Below are positions 25,795 through 38,790 of a stretch of 64,000 nt of DNA, in pieces (position 1 is the stretch's first letter; each line of letters starts with the position of its first letter). The translations under genes and the position numbers were made by a program. The notes below the pieces were generated by a model. That model made no database searches and had not been told where the DNA came from. It saw only the letters and a program-made list of their open reading frames with translations. Source of the DNA: Camelus dromedarius (lineage: Eukaryota); assembly GCF_036321535.1 (NCBI RefSeq), contig NC_087436.1, positions 118,360,001-118,424,000 of the forward strand. Reading direction: 5' to 3'.

Positions 25795-26009
25795 CTCTGC
25801 TGGTGGTGCTCCAGTAACTTCTGACCCCTGCTCAGGGCTCGCCGCAGGACCGCGGAGACCTGCCTTTCAGAGTCCGTCTCCTCCGGCTCCTGCAGAAGCC
25901 CGGGCCCCTCGCCCGCCCACTGCTGCCGGCTGGCCAGGGCCCGCTGCAGCTGGGCTGCCTCCTGGTGTGCCAGCTGGTCCTCCAGCTTCCTCTCCAGCTC
26001 CTGGAGCTC
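25795..26009 (-). CDS. EVC2: EVC2 coding exon (exon 18 equivalent), 215 nt, phase 0-2
   Basis: CTGTATGCAG|GAG...CAGAG|GTGAGC; ELQELERKLEDQLAHQEAAQLQRALASRQQWAGEGPGLLQEPEETDSERQVSAVLRRALSRGQKLLEHHQQ(S). Confidence 0.95.
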
Positions 26010-26409
26010 CTGCATACAGAGGGACAGGAGGTGAGCACACGGCAGGTGGGCGGCAGGATGACATCCGCCCTGCTCAGCGCGGCACTGGAAGCCCGGCAGG
26101 ACCTCCTCTGCCTGCCTCCGCCATCCAGCTGTGCCAAACACTGCGATGAGGCTGCACCAGGGCCTCACACCTCCGGGCCTTTGCACGTGCTGGGCCCCCG
26201 CCTGCAGAGCCCTTCCCTGTTTGCCTGGCCAATTCTGAGTCTTCTTTCAAGCGCTGGCTTTAGAAGAAACTCCTCAGGAAAAGGCTCTGTTTTGTGCTGG
26301 TCCCAGCCTACGGACCATGATGCTACTGGCTGGAGATGCCAGGGGGTGCTCACCTGGGCCCACACTCCTTGTGGCAGCCCCCACAGACATTTCCCCCACC
26401 TGCCACCAT

Positions 26410-26900
26410 TGAGGTTGGACTGGTCCTTGTGGTTCTCCTTATGATGGCAAGACTTGCCCCAGCAACAACCATCAAGGACCTTGAGAAAACCAGGTTTATT
26501 ACTCACATGTCCTGGAGGGTGCATGGCACAGCCAGGCCACACAGCAGGGTCACAAGTAGAGAGAGAGAACACGGACCTGGGGCTCTGCCTTTTTAGGAGT
26601 CAAGGGTCGGGTGTCTGGGGTTTCACTGGGTCACTTTGAAATGCTGAATTTAAATCGTAAGAAGAGGAATTAAGGTTCAGAGAGAGAAAAGAAGGTCACT
26701 CAAGCGGTCAGGTAAGTAGGTCAACCAGAGCTTTCCAAAAGGAGGGACTTCACAGATGGTGCAGACTGGCTTTATGGGGCTGTCTAGTTGGCAACCTGTT
26801 TATTTAGATGGATGTCTTTGAAATAGATGCCTCCGCAATTAAAAGCTGAATGCCAGGCACTTACATCACAATCAAAAGAGCTAACCATCAGGCGCTTACC
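26410..26900 (-). mobile_element. Probable old ERVL-type LTR, sense to EVC2
   Basis: GGTTTATTACTCAC...GGCTCTGCCTTTTTAGG resembles the reverse complement of ERVL LTR R/U3 regions; family recalled only loosely. Confidence 0.45.
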
Positions 26901-26962
26901 ACAGAGTCCCTCGGTCCCTTGGGAGATGCAGACTCAACTGTCCACTCACCACCGCTCGTATT

Positions 26963-27325
26963 TGCCTGCTACAGACTGAACGTTTGTGGTCCCTCACAAT
27001 CCACATGCTGAACACCTAATCCCCCGTGGGACGGTGTTTGGAGGTGGGGGCTTTGGGGAGTATTCAGGTTTAGATAAAGTCATGAGGGTGGGACCCCATG
27101 ATGGGATTCGTGCCCTTCTACGAAGAGGAAGAGACCAGAGCTCCCTCTCTCTGTCGGGTGAAGATACAGTGAGAAGGCGGCCGTCTGCAAGCCAGGAAGA
27201 GATTCTTCACCAGAAACAGAATTGGCCGGCACTTTGATCTTGAACTTCCCAGCCTCTAGAACTGTGAGAACAGAAATGTCTGTCATTTAAGCCGTGCAGT
27301 CCCTAGCACTTGGATACAGCAGCAG
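26963..27325 (+). mobile_element. MaLR MLT1A-like LTR
   Basis: GACTGAACGTTTGTG...TTTGGAGGTGGGGGCTTTGGG...TTGATCTTGAACTTCCCAGCCTCTAGAACTGTGAGAA. Confidence 0.85.
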
Positions 27326-28779
27326 GAGTGTGACCTCTCAGGGGGGCAGGCTGTGTCTCCATCACCCCACCTGCAGCACGTAGCATCACGCTTGGCAGCT
27401 TGCACCTGTCGCTGCCATCCGTGGGGTGTCAGCTCGCATCCCGCACGATGAAGGCTGTGCTGGAGCAGCGCCTGGGGATGACACCTAACACCGAGCCTAC
27501 TCAGACCGTGCCCGCCTCCACTCTAAGGGCTCCGCATATATTCAACTCACTGAATCCTTATACCAACTGTGCCGAATACATATTTACTTTCTCTGTTACA
27601 AATGGGGAAATTGAGGCGGAGAGACAAAGTCATTTGCAGGTCATGCAATTCTTTGAGTGGCAGAGCCAGAATAGGGGGCCAGGCCAGGGGGCTCCAGGTT
27701 TGTGTCCTTCACCCCCAGGCTATGCGGCCTCTCATTGGCCAAAGAGAAGAAACGTGCATTCCGAGCCCACCAGGATCAGAGAATCTGGCTGCCAGAGCCT
27801 GTCCGCTGCCCGCTTAGGTGAGTACATAAGAGAAACTGGCAGGAAGGTCCCAGGCCTCATAAAATGCAGAGATGCTGAATCCGTTAGCCACCAGATTGGC
27901 CAGCGTTCTGCGTGGGGCTGGAGTGAGGGTGGGGTTTAATCCCAACAGGCTTTGTCCAAGCATCCTCAGGAGACGGTGGTCCTTGGTCCTCCTAAATTTT
28001 GTGCAAAACAGTCTGCCTTTCTGCAGAGGAGCAAAGCTGGCCTCAGATTCTCAGAAGCATCTCAAAGCTCCCCCAAGGCCCAGAGACACTGCTCAAAAAA
28101 CCAGGACAGGAGAGAACAGCTGGAGGGCGAATGAAGTCATAGTGTGGGTGGCGCGTGGGTTTCGCCCCCAGGGCTGCGGCAGTCTTGGGGCTCTGAGCAC
28201 GGACTTCCAGCACGCTGAGGTGTCTGATTACGACCATCCTCCTCATCACTGCGCTCCACATGGAAACATAACCAAAGCGCTTCCAACAGCGCTAGTGAGT
28301 TTCCAGCAGCATGTTCTGTCTGTGTGCCCGGAGCCTGGTCTGGGACCAGACCTCCACCAAGATGTCGGCCCCAGCCCACCGCACGGGGAGGGAAGGCTCA
28401 AACCCTCACCTGCCAGCGTCCACCAAACAGGCAGAGCACAGAGAGCTGGCGGGTCACATTCATTTTCCAAGACCAGGTGAACCCTGGTTAGGAACAGGAA
28501 ATCAGGTGGGAACGAAAGTCTCCTGCAGGTTGTAAGCTGCAGGTGGCAGGTTCTCCCAAAGGTCAGTCCTGTCCCCCAAGTCCTGGCCGCACCCCTGCAG
28601 CTTCCTGCCACTTAGCACCACTGGGATCCAAGACTTGGTTCTAGAACTGTCTTCCTTCATGTCTGCTCTATTCACGACTCTGGGACTGTCTTGTTCACCC
28701 TTCTCCCCAGCAGGGATTCGGAGGCTGGGTTGTCGAGGACGTAACAGTAGTCACTATCATCTTATTATTAGTAATGATA

Positions 28780-29010
28780 ACGGCAGTCAGCATGCACTGA
28801 ATGCCTACACGGTGCTAGATTCGATTCAGGGCATCTTTGCATGAATTAATTTACTTAATCTTCACAAAACAGCACAGAGTAAGAAAATTTGCTAATATCC
28901 CGTATTACAGATAAGGAAGCTGAGGCGCAGAGAGTGTTAATAAATCTTTGGAAGTCCCAGAGCAGGGCAAGAGCCCCGGGGAGGAGTGAGTTCAGGTTTC
29001 TCTGACTCTG
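28780..29010 (-). mobile_element. MIR SINE
   Basis: TTTACTTAATCTTCACAAAAC...ATTACAGATAAGGAAGCTGAGGCGCAGAGAG. Confidence 0.7.
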
Positions 29011-30899
29011 GGCCCATTTCTTGGTTCTGTTGTCTCTGGTAAGTGCTCTGTAGGCATCTGGCGAATGAATGAATAGATGGGTTAGATGATGCCGATGCTG
29101 ATGACGGAGACGGAAAGACAAACAGACAGACAGACAATCTCAGGCCTTTTACTGGGCACAAGGGACTGTGGGGCAAAGAGACAAGGTCCCTAGACTCCAG
29201 AAACTCACAGTCTAGTGTGGGAGACCGCTGTGCAAACACAGTCACAGTGACAGGCAACAGCTGTCATCTGCTATCTCAGGGAACTGCAATGGAGGGTCCT
29301 TTGAGCACAGAGCTGGGAGAGACCCACTCTGCCCAAGGGAATCACGGACGGCTTCACAGAAGAGGCGGCCTTTGGCTTGTCTTAGAATTCGGACAGGAGT
29401 TTGCAGGAGGTGCTGCAGAAGCATCCCAGGCAGAGGCCCTTCAAAGGAGCGGAGGCTTGAATGTGTCTTAAGGGTTCAGGGAGCAGCAAGACAGCCCGGG
29501 GGCTAACATGCAGGGTCTGAGGGAGGCAGGGGCCGAAGTGAGATGTTAAAACACAGAGTTGGGAATGGGGCTGTCAACGATCATTTTTAGTCTCCAGAAT
29601 GATTCCTCTGGCTACAGGGTGGGGGAGACCCGAGTCAGGAAAGAGGGAGGCAGGTGGAAGCCGACGTTAGGGCAGGAGATGGGCTTTGCAGGCAGGGGTG
29701 TCGGCTCTGCTCTGCAGCTGTGGGATCCTGTGAAATGAGTTAAGCTTCCTAAGCCTCAAGTCCTTCATCTGTAGAATGGAAATAAAAATACCAGCAGGGA
29801 GACGGAAGGTGTACAAACTTAACTCGATGCCCTGGGCTTACTGAGAGCTCAGCTGATGCGAGCTCAGTTGTGTGTTATTTTTCAGGTTTAGGCTTGTCAG
29901 GGTAGTGAACCTGGGCAGCAGACGTCAGAAGGGAGAGAAGTCAGGCAGAACTGAAGACGGGCTGCCTCGCAGACTAGCAGAGGGGAGAACAGGGGAAGAA
30001 GCCAGTCGGGCTTGGAAAAAGGGATATGCAGCAGTTTAAACCGAGATGGAAATACAGCGCGAACAGTTAGTCTGGGGCCACGTTATCTGTTACGAGTGAG
30101 TCCACCTGATTTAAACTTGCCCGTGCTCGCCACTCGGCCCAGCAATTCCATTATGTCCTGCATGTGTCCAGTTTCACGAAGTGAGCCCACATCTTTCACC
30201 AGGTGAGGGGAACTTGGTATCGCTTTCTTAGGAGTCATTCTCCCAAAGCATTTCATTTCATGCTTTTTAAAATTCTCCTGAATGTGTAGCAGCTTAAAAG
30301 CCTGTTCCCACTGGGAAAGTGGTTTTCACAGAATGATCAAATCGCAGAATGAAAGTCTAACACCGGGAGCAAAACAACAGGTTGGTTGGTCTTCCCTCTA
30401 AATGCAAATCGAGCGGAAAAACTGGCAACATACCCATCGCCTTCCCAGGGACTCAGTAATGCAGCATCCTCTGATTTATTATCCTTGCCTCTAATTTGGG
30501 GCACTAACTCTTTCATTCTAAACACACTTGAGAATGAACAAGCTCTGACGTTACCCGGCAGGGCTTTAAGATGAAACTGAAAAGGTAAGCGTGCAACAGA
30601 ATTTCTGATAGAAATGAAGGTCGTCTCAAGTGAAAAGGACAACTGGGTGTTTTAGGGCTGCATCCAGGAGTTTCTCAGAGCGCTTATGAGGAGGAGATGA
30701 ACTGTGGACTGACGGCCAGAGGCTCCTAGCATCTTATTTTGTTCCCAATTTGTTTGATACTTGACGTTGGACCTGCCCCTCCTCTGAAGCCTTCACCTCC
30801 TTCATCTGTAATCCCGGGCAGGCACTCACCTCCACACCAGTCACCTGGCAGTAAGATCTGCTGTGGGTTTTGGGTAAATACCCTGCAGGGATTTCCTCC

Positions 30900-32500
30900 T
30901 GTTATTATCTGCTAAGGAGTTTTATATTGGATGCGTGCTGAATTCAATAAAACATTTTTCTGTGTATACCGAAGTGATCATAGGAGCTGCTTCTTTAATC
31001 TGTTAATCTGATTAACTTTGTACATGGGTGTTTTAATGCTAAGCCAACCTTATATTCCTGGGGAAAATTCTATCTGGCCGTGCTGCATTACTTTTTTTTT
31101 ACAGATCGCTGGATTATGCTAATAACATTTTATTTACGACTTGTACATCTATGTTCATAAGTAAGACTGAACTCTGCACTTTCTCATACTATTCGTGTCT
31201 GCTTTTGGTGTCAAAGTTATCTGAGCTTCATGAAATGAGGACTAGTCCGTATTTTTTTTAAAGTTCAAAAATAATTTGCATATGAGATTGGAAAAATGTG
31301 CTACCTTAAAGTTTGGTGGAGCTCACCTATAAAACTATTGAAGTTAAATATTTGTACACGTGTATCGGAAGATTTCAGAACTACTGGATCAGTTTCTTTC
31401 ATCGTAACAGGACGACACAGATTTTTTTTTGACTTGAGTCAGTTTTGGCGAGCTATTTTTTTTCGAAAAATTTTCAGTGTTTAAATTCATCCACACAGAA
31501 CTATTGTTCATAGAATTCTCTTATTTTTTAAAACTCGACTGTACCTGCCTTGTGTTATTTTTTAGCCTTCTCCCTTATTTCTCTTTTAAATGATCACTCT
31601 TTGCCAGATATTTGTATATTTTATTAGACTTTTATCAAGAAATGCAACTTCTCACTGTCTTGACTCTCTCTGCAGGAGGCTTTGCATTTTGTTTACACTC
31701 TTTCCGCCTTCTACTTTCTAAAGCTTCCTTTGTGGTTGTTTTTCCCCTAATTTCTTATATGATTTGAATTGTGAGCTTTTCTTCTTTTCTCATATAAGTT
31801 TAAGGGCAAAATTTCCCTCTAAAAACTGCCTAAGCTGAATCCTGCAAGTTTTGATACGTTTGTATCTACATTATTTTTCGTTCTTTGAATTTTGAAACTT
31901 CCGTGATGATGTCTCTGATCCATGAATTATTCAGAAGTATATTCTACAACTTCCAAAGTATGGATGTTTTCATCTTTTAAAAAACTGATTTAAACTTAAT
32001 TGCCCCTTTTCAAAAAGACGGTCACCGTGATTTTGCACGATCAATTACTTTTCAACTGTCCCAGTGTGCTGAAGAAGAACGTATGTTTGTTAAATGTTGG
32101 CTGTGAGATTCTGCACAAGTCCATTAAGTCCAAGTTGTTAAATGTGTGATTCGGTTCATCTGTGTCTTCGCTCGTGTTTCGTATGATGAACAAGTAACCA
32201 CAGAACGAGCTGTGCTGGAAATTCCCCGCTACGACGGCGGGTCTGTCGGTTTCTCCCTGCTGTTTTGTCAGTTTTTCTTTCTTGTTAGTTTGGGTCTTTT
32301 ATGACATCTGTGCAAGTTTAGAATCACTCTGCTCCCCGGAGGAATAAAATCGTTACATCATTCTGGCATTGTCTTTAATTTCTTTAATAATTTCCTAAGT
32401 TATCATTATACATCCTGTGCTGATAATTCAGATGGCGAAAGTCTTTGAAGATTTTAATCTGTTGGGGTTTTTTTGTTGTTGTTTCTCCTGTGCATAGGTC
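30900..32500 (-). mobile_element. Old, decayed L1 (L1ME-like) ORF2 region
   Basis: T-rich antisense L1 motifs (AAGCCAACCTTATATTCCTGGG, TACATCTATGTTCATAAG, TTTCCCTCTAAAAACTGC). Confidence 0.65.
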
Positions 32501-34166
32501 ATCTTGCCTGGCTTCTTCCTGTGTTCAGTGACCTTTTAAATTTTAACTGAGAACTCATATCTGGCTGAACTTAATCTGTGGAAATGCTGAAGCACCCGGA
32601 TGGAGAATATCTTTCTCTGGGCAGTATCTGGTAGCTTCAGCCACGCACCAGGGGCAGCCATTCAATCTGGAACCACTTACATTTAAATTTATCACTTTGG
32701 AGATTTCCTTACTGAATGGGCTGATGTATTTTTGGAGTCCTTCTTCCTGTCAGGAGAGGCTTTGATGGCAAATTCACAGAAGGGAGCGCCCCCAGCAGAG
32801 CTGGACGCGGGCAGCTTTTATCCTGGTGGCTTTTGACCACAGGTGGCTTTCTCCTCCTTCCCTCACTGGGTGATCCGTCTCCTCAGGACATCCCACAGCA
32901 ACCCCTCCTGTGCCTTCAAATTAATCCCCAGGTCCCTGGGTTCTTGGTTTCACCCTTTCCCCTCGGATTTCAGCCCCTGAATTTGCTTTCCTCTCCCTCT
33001 GTGAGTTCAGGTTTCTCCAGGTTACCCTTGGCCCTGGGGGATTTTCACATTCTCTTGCAAACTCACAGAGCACTAAAAAGCCTGTTTATTTTTATTTATC
33101 CAGCATCTGGATGTTTGTGCTGGAATATCAACAAAGCTCCCTTCCTTCCTATCCCTAAGAACAGTTGTCCGAGCGCGGGACGCACAGTGTTTACTGGAAA
33201 AATAGCCTTGGACTTCTCAGCGGCTAACGTCATTTATGACTTCTCGAAGGAAACGTGGGAACCCCCGTTAGCAAGATCAACCAGGACAGCCCGTGAACGT
33301 GACCTGGCGGGCTGAAGTCAGAAACAGATGCATTTCTAGCTCCCGTCTCTTATTAGCCACGCAGATCTCAGAAAGAACTTGACCTGCCACCCAAACCTCA
33401 TTTCTTCACCTGAGAACGGCACGGGAACAGTACCCACTTGACAGCATGGCTCAGTGATTAATCGTCATAATGTCTGACAAAAAGCATAACTGCCAAGCGG
33501 CATAAAACTGAAGCTAAATTAATCATGCTTAAAGGGTCACCTTAAAGATGCATGATTAAGGAAAGAATATTCACTCTGAAATGGGAGTACACGCTTTCCC
33601 AGTGCACCAGTGCCTGCCTGCCGCACGCGCCGCACTCAGCAAACGTGAGCTACCTTTCCTCGACAGAAGCAACTATGATAATGTATAAGATTCTAAAATT
33701 ACACATAAAGGACTAAAAATTGGTCCTCAAAACAGTTATGTCGATAGCTTTTGTTTTATGAATATACCTCTCAATGCCTTGGGAAAAATGCAGCATGGAG
33801 ACTAAAGCTAATAATTAGAATTATGACAATAAAAAGTAATCTGCTGCTTCACTGCGTCTAAGGTGCCATTATTTGAAAGCTAGATGGCTATTTTTCAGAG
33901 CTCGATAAAAGAAACAATACTGTTGCTGGCTGTCAGATGCATCCGGGTTTCTCAGATGTTAAAACGCTAAAATTCAAAACATGAGCTTCCTCCGGCTGCG
34001 GAGTGCCTCGGGCTCGCGTGTAAGTTACTTCACCTAACCCTCCCCGGGACCTACGGCGGAGACAGGACAGCTGACTGCCCATCTGACAGTGGGAGAGATG
34101 GAAGCATGAACCACCCAGGGATGCGATGTGGCCTCCGTCCCCTTCCTTCCCGGGTCCTGCACTCAC

Positions 34167-34394
34167 CGGGCTGTGCGACTCCAGGATCTGTGCGCAGGCC
34201 GCCTTGGTCAGGGTCTCCGACTCGCTCAGCTCCTCCAGGAGCAGGTCCTGGAGGGTCAGGAGGGCGGTGTAGGCCCACAGCGTCTTGGCCATCCTGGCCG
34301 CCTTCTGGAACTGCAGGGAGACGAGGGACTCGGCAAAGCGCCCCTCCTGGGCCTCCAGCTGCTGCACTCTCTCCCGGAGCAACTCTCCTCGGAC
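34167..34394 (-). CDS. EVC2: EVC2 coding exon (exon 17 equivalent), 228 nt, phase 0-0
   Basis: CCCTCCCAG|GTC...AGCCCG|GTGAGT; VRGELLRERVQQLEAQEGRFAESLVSLQFQKAARMAKTLWAYTALLTLQDLLLEELSESETLTKAACAQILESHSP. Confidence 0.95.
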
Positions 34395-35409
34395 CTGGGA
34401 GGGGCCGGCCAAGATCAGAGAGCGGTGAGTGGAGGGAGGCGGAGGAGGGAGCGCACAGCTTACAACCAGCCCCCGTGTGCCTGTTATGAACTTGGACGCT
34501 GAGGACGGTCTCAGTTACAAAGCAGCAGCACCGAAATCCACGGTGTGTAACTGAAGACGCAAGGGCATCTCTGCTTACAAAGGCTCTGCGAGGCTTTTGG
34601 AGTCTAGCTGTTCATTCCGCATTTATCCCTCTCAGAGGTAAATCAAACTGTGCTGCTCTCCAGCGCAAAATCCGTCGAAACTCTCCAACCTAAAGGATGA
34701 AAGTCCAGTCTTCCTAACACGGGCTCTGAGGCCCTCCCACCCAGATCCCAGCTCGGGCACAGCTGGAAGGGTCTGGTGTGTTCTCCTGCCACCCCCACCC
34801 CCACCCCCACGCCTGGGACTTCGCTCCTCCTGATGGCTCATGGCCATACGCACCATGCTTTTTGCGTCAACTGTCTGAGCTCTTTGCTGTGGTTGAAACT
34901 CCCAGCATCCTCGTCCTCCTGAAAGTCTCCTATTTGTCCTTTGGATCTCTGGTTCCCAAATAGCCTCTGAAACATCCTCACCCTGCAGGTTTGCTGCCCA
35001 CTTCCCTGTTTCCTTTGTTTCCCGCTCTTCCCCCCAGCTGGTACCACACTGCTTACCCCGACAGGACAGAGCTCCTCCCAGGGGAGCAGCACCTGAAGGT
35101 CCCGTAGCTTCTAGATGAGTGAATCCATTCACTCCACTCATTCACTCAACTAAATAGTTCATTCCGGCATCTACGCATTTCCCAGCCCTGTTTCCACTAC
35201 CTCCAATGCTCTCTCTAGAAAACTTGCTATCGTGAACGATGTAGTCTAACACTTCTCGGATGTCACCACCTAAGACCCTAAAAACAGGTTCCTGTAAGCA
35301 TATACCCCTCTCCCTTGCATAGGGAGCTAAACTACCACCCCCAGAATAGCTTACACAAACACAGTATCTCACTGAAGCCTTTCATTTTATGTTTAAAGGT
35401 TTGCGGGAT

Positions 35410-35862
35410 TATACTCACAAGAGCCCAAAGTCAAAGCAACCCAAGTGCCCCTCAACAGATGGTCTATAGAATGGAATATTATGCAGCCCTAAAAGGAAGG
35501 AAATTCAAGAACATGCTACAACATGGAAGACATTATGCAGAGTGAAGTCAACCAGTCATGAAAGTACAAATCCTATATGATACCGCTACATGAGTTCCCT
35601 AGAATCGTCAAATTCATAGAGTCAGAACGTATGAAGGTTGTTGCCAGGGGCAACCAGGGAGAGGAGGGAATGGGGGTTCGTGTTTAACATGGACAGAGGT
35701 TCAGGCTGGGAAGATGAAAAAGTTCAGGAGGTGGATGGTGCTGATGGCTGCACACAATGTGAACGCACTTAATGCCCCTGAACTGGACACTTAACAAAGG
35801 TTAAGATGAGACGTTTCATGTTATGTATCTTTTACCACAATTTTTAAAAATTGAAAAAAAAA
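35410..35862 (+). mobile_element. LINE-1 3' fragment (L1MB-like) with A tail
   Basis: AAAGCAACCCAAGTGCCC...ATGGAATATTATGCAGCC...GGAAGATGAAAAGTTCAGGAGGTGGATGGTG...TTTTACCACAAT + A10. Confidence 0.85.
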
Positions 35863-37039
35863 AGTTTGTGGAATTTTGTGTCCTGCCACATAACCTATTT
35901 TTAAGATTCATGTTTATATTCAGAGGTTTTAGTGTCATTGACACAGGGAGAGATACTGACATGAAGCACAGGCTGGCAGGAGGCGGTGGCCCGAGCTCTC
36001 CCGCGGCTGCACCACTTCACTGCGCCCATCGTGTGAACTTCAGGGGGATGCAAGTCCCAGTTTGGAAAGCTCAGACTTAACCTCTCTGATCTGTCTTGGA
36101 GGAAAAACTCGGACGCAGCAGGAAGCAAAAAAGAGCCCCAAAGAAGCAAAAAGCCCACTTTGGGTGTCGTTGGCTGGGGAAGAAAATTCTGCTGGGGACC
36201 TTCAAAAGCTTCACAGAGAGGTGGTGCTTGCCACAAGCCTTGGAGAATGAGGAAGAACTACAAATGAGGCCAGTTCTTCCAAGACACGCTGTGGGCGTAT
36301 TTGGTTCACAGAACAGCCCACCCCCATCAGGGCTCAGAGACAACGATGCACAGAATCACAGCATGAAAACAGCGCCTCTGGAAGAAACAGGTTCACTTCC
36401 TGGCTTGAAAGGGAACATGAAGTCTTGTTCTCAAAAGGATGCTACTAGACCCTGATCTTTCCCTAGTTTGGAGATCCAGATGACAGTCAATGATTAGTTT
36501 CCATGGTAACTGCAGATCACTGGCCTGTGCCTTCATGGTGGGCTTTCTTCAAAGGCCCGCAGCGGTACTCAGCTTGTAGGAAGAAGTTTGCGCAGCTCAT
36601 ACCGGTGCTCCAAGGTCCTTGCAAGACTGGGCAACGCCCGATGAGAAGGAGACTCAACAGTGTGTCTGCTGACTTCTATACGGGGACGCTTGGAAGCTGC
36701 CTCTAAAGGGCTTTACAGATGCTGACAGTCTTCCAGCAAACTCCCTTTTCCCACAGTCATTTTTTCACAGTAAGTTTGCAAACAGAAAATATACTTACAC
36801 CTTTGTTCATTAATCCAAAAAAAATTTAATGAGCACCAAACATGTCTAATATAAAGGAGTGTGTGATGCACCCAGGGGATGGGGAGAGGGCAGAGAGGAG
36901 GCAAAGATGAACCAGACGTGGGTCTGATCCTGAAGGAGCTCAGGGCTGGGGAAGGAGGTAGGCACCAGGCTGCCGGGCATGGGCTCCAGGGCCAGACGCT
37001 GGGTTGTGAATTCCAGCTCGGTCACTTACTCGCTTACTC

Positions 37040-38790
37040 ACCATGTATCTTGGTGTAACTTTCTTCATGTTGCCTACGTCTGGGATGTGCTTAGCTTCTT
37101 GAATCGTGGGTTTATAGCTCTCATCAAATTCGGGAAATGTTTCGGCCATCATTTCTTCTCATGTTTTTCTGTCTTCTCTTTTCTCTCCTTCAAATCCAGT
37201 TTCCGCTGTATACAGGTGACCTGAAGTTGTCCCACAGCACACTGATGCTCTGCGCATTTTTTTGTTTTCATTTTAGGTAGTATATATATTGCTATGTCTT
37301 CAAGCCAACAGCTACTGTTTTTTTTTCTGCACTCTCTATTCTGCAGTTAATCCTATTTGAAATATATATGTTACATCACTCATGTTTGTGTGTGTGTATA
37401 TATATAAAATTCATAGTTTTCATCTCTGTAAGTCTGAGTTGGTCTTTTCTATCTACCATACCTCTACTTAACATGTTTTGAACACATGAAACAGTTTATA
37501 ATGGCTGTTCTAATGCTCTTCTCTGCTAATTCTGACATTGTGTCATTCCTGGGTTGGTTTCATATTTTCCTGCTTTGTTGCCTTCCTGGTAATTTTTAAC
37601 TGGGTGCCAGGGATTATGAATTTTATCTTGTCAGTCATGGGTATTTTTGTCTGTCTATATGGTACAGAAAATTCTTGAGTTTTGTTCTGGGAAGCAGGTA
37701 AGTGACTTGAAAAGTTTGATCTTTTCTGGTCATGTTTCAAAGAATTTTTTAGGTAGGACCAGAGCAGAGTTACGTTTAGGTCCAATAATTCCTGCTAATG
37801 AAGAAAGACCTTTCTGAGGACTGTATCAGATGCTTCATGAATTACGAGGGTTTCTAGCCTGGGTGGAGGGAACCCTTACTGTTCCCAGCCCTGTGTGAGT
37901 ACTGGGAACTCTTCCCTCTAAACCTCAGGGTGGTCCCTTTCCTGGCTTTGGGTAATCTCCCAAATGTGGGCAGAGCAGTTCTCAGCTGAGAGCTCGGAGG
38001 ACCCAGTGGATAGCTCGAGTTGCCTCTCGGTGCGGTTCTTTCTTTTCCGGTCCTCTGTCCTGTGAAATCTAGCAACTTGCCTTCCCCGAATCCCAAGCTT
38101 TGTCTTCTTCACTGAGGCGTCAGCCAGGTTCTGCCTGGCCCCCTTCCCTGATGAGATAGGAGGGAGGGGGGCGGGGCACAACCTCTGAAGGAATGACACA
38201 GCAACTGAGGACAGGATGCACTGGTTACAACCAAGACGGCAGAAGATTCGACTTCCAGGTCACCTGGAGCCTCACGGTGCACCCACAGCTGCCATGATCA
38301 TAAAAGACCAAAAAGTGGGCGAAGCCCAGTTCCTGGACATCCCTGCCCCTTCCCCAGAGTAGCTGGAATAACCCTCCTACTCATCAGCGTATGAAATGAC
38401 CAAGCCCATAGGAACTGACCGCACACCTCGCCGTGGCTCTCTCGGGCCTTCCGAGGCGGCCCGCACTCTGTCAATGGAGTGTGCATCTCCCTGAATAACC
38501 TTACTGTCCCTTCACGAGGCCTCGCTCTTGAATTCCTCCCCGCAGGCGACAAGAACCCACCCTCTGGCAGCGCTGGGACACGGCCAGGACAGCCTGTTAC
38601 TTTCTCAGGCCTGGACACTCACAGGCTCATGTCATTCGGTTCCTGTTTCTCAGGGGACTTTTCACTGTTGTCCAATATTTTAAAAACCATTGTTTTATAC
38701 ACTTTGTTCATTGTTTTTTGGTTTTTTTCTTTGTTTTGTTTTATGTGAGGGGGTAATTTGACCCTTTAATTCCATCTTGGCCAGAAGCAA
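37040..38790 (-). mobile_element. Old L1 5'/ORF1-side fragment, interrupted by an LTR
   Basis: TCATCAAATTCGGGAAATGTTTCGGCCATCATTTCTTC; shares motifs with 5700-6900 and with the reverse complement of 43860-44640. Confidence 0.65.
38152..38570 (+). mobile_element. ERV1-type solo LTR related to the one at 40747
   Basis: 5' end TGAGATAGGAGGGAGGGGGGCGGGGCACAACC resembles TGAGCCGGGAGGGAAGGGGGCAGGGCACAGCC at 40747; shared internal blocks (GGCCCGCACTCTGTCAATGGAGTG vs GGCCCACACTCTGTCTATGGAGTA); no clean TSD. Confidence 0.7.

Noticed and set aside
25706..26444. Overlapping + strand ORFs of 147 and 159 aa
   Set aside because: Antisense shadows of GC-rich EVC2 exon 18.
27400..28480. ORFs of 179 and 202 aa on +
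   Set aside because: Non-ATG starts, partly MIR-derived, no recognisable homology; consistent with chance ORFs in GC-rich intron.
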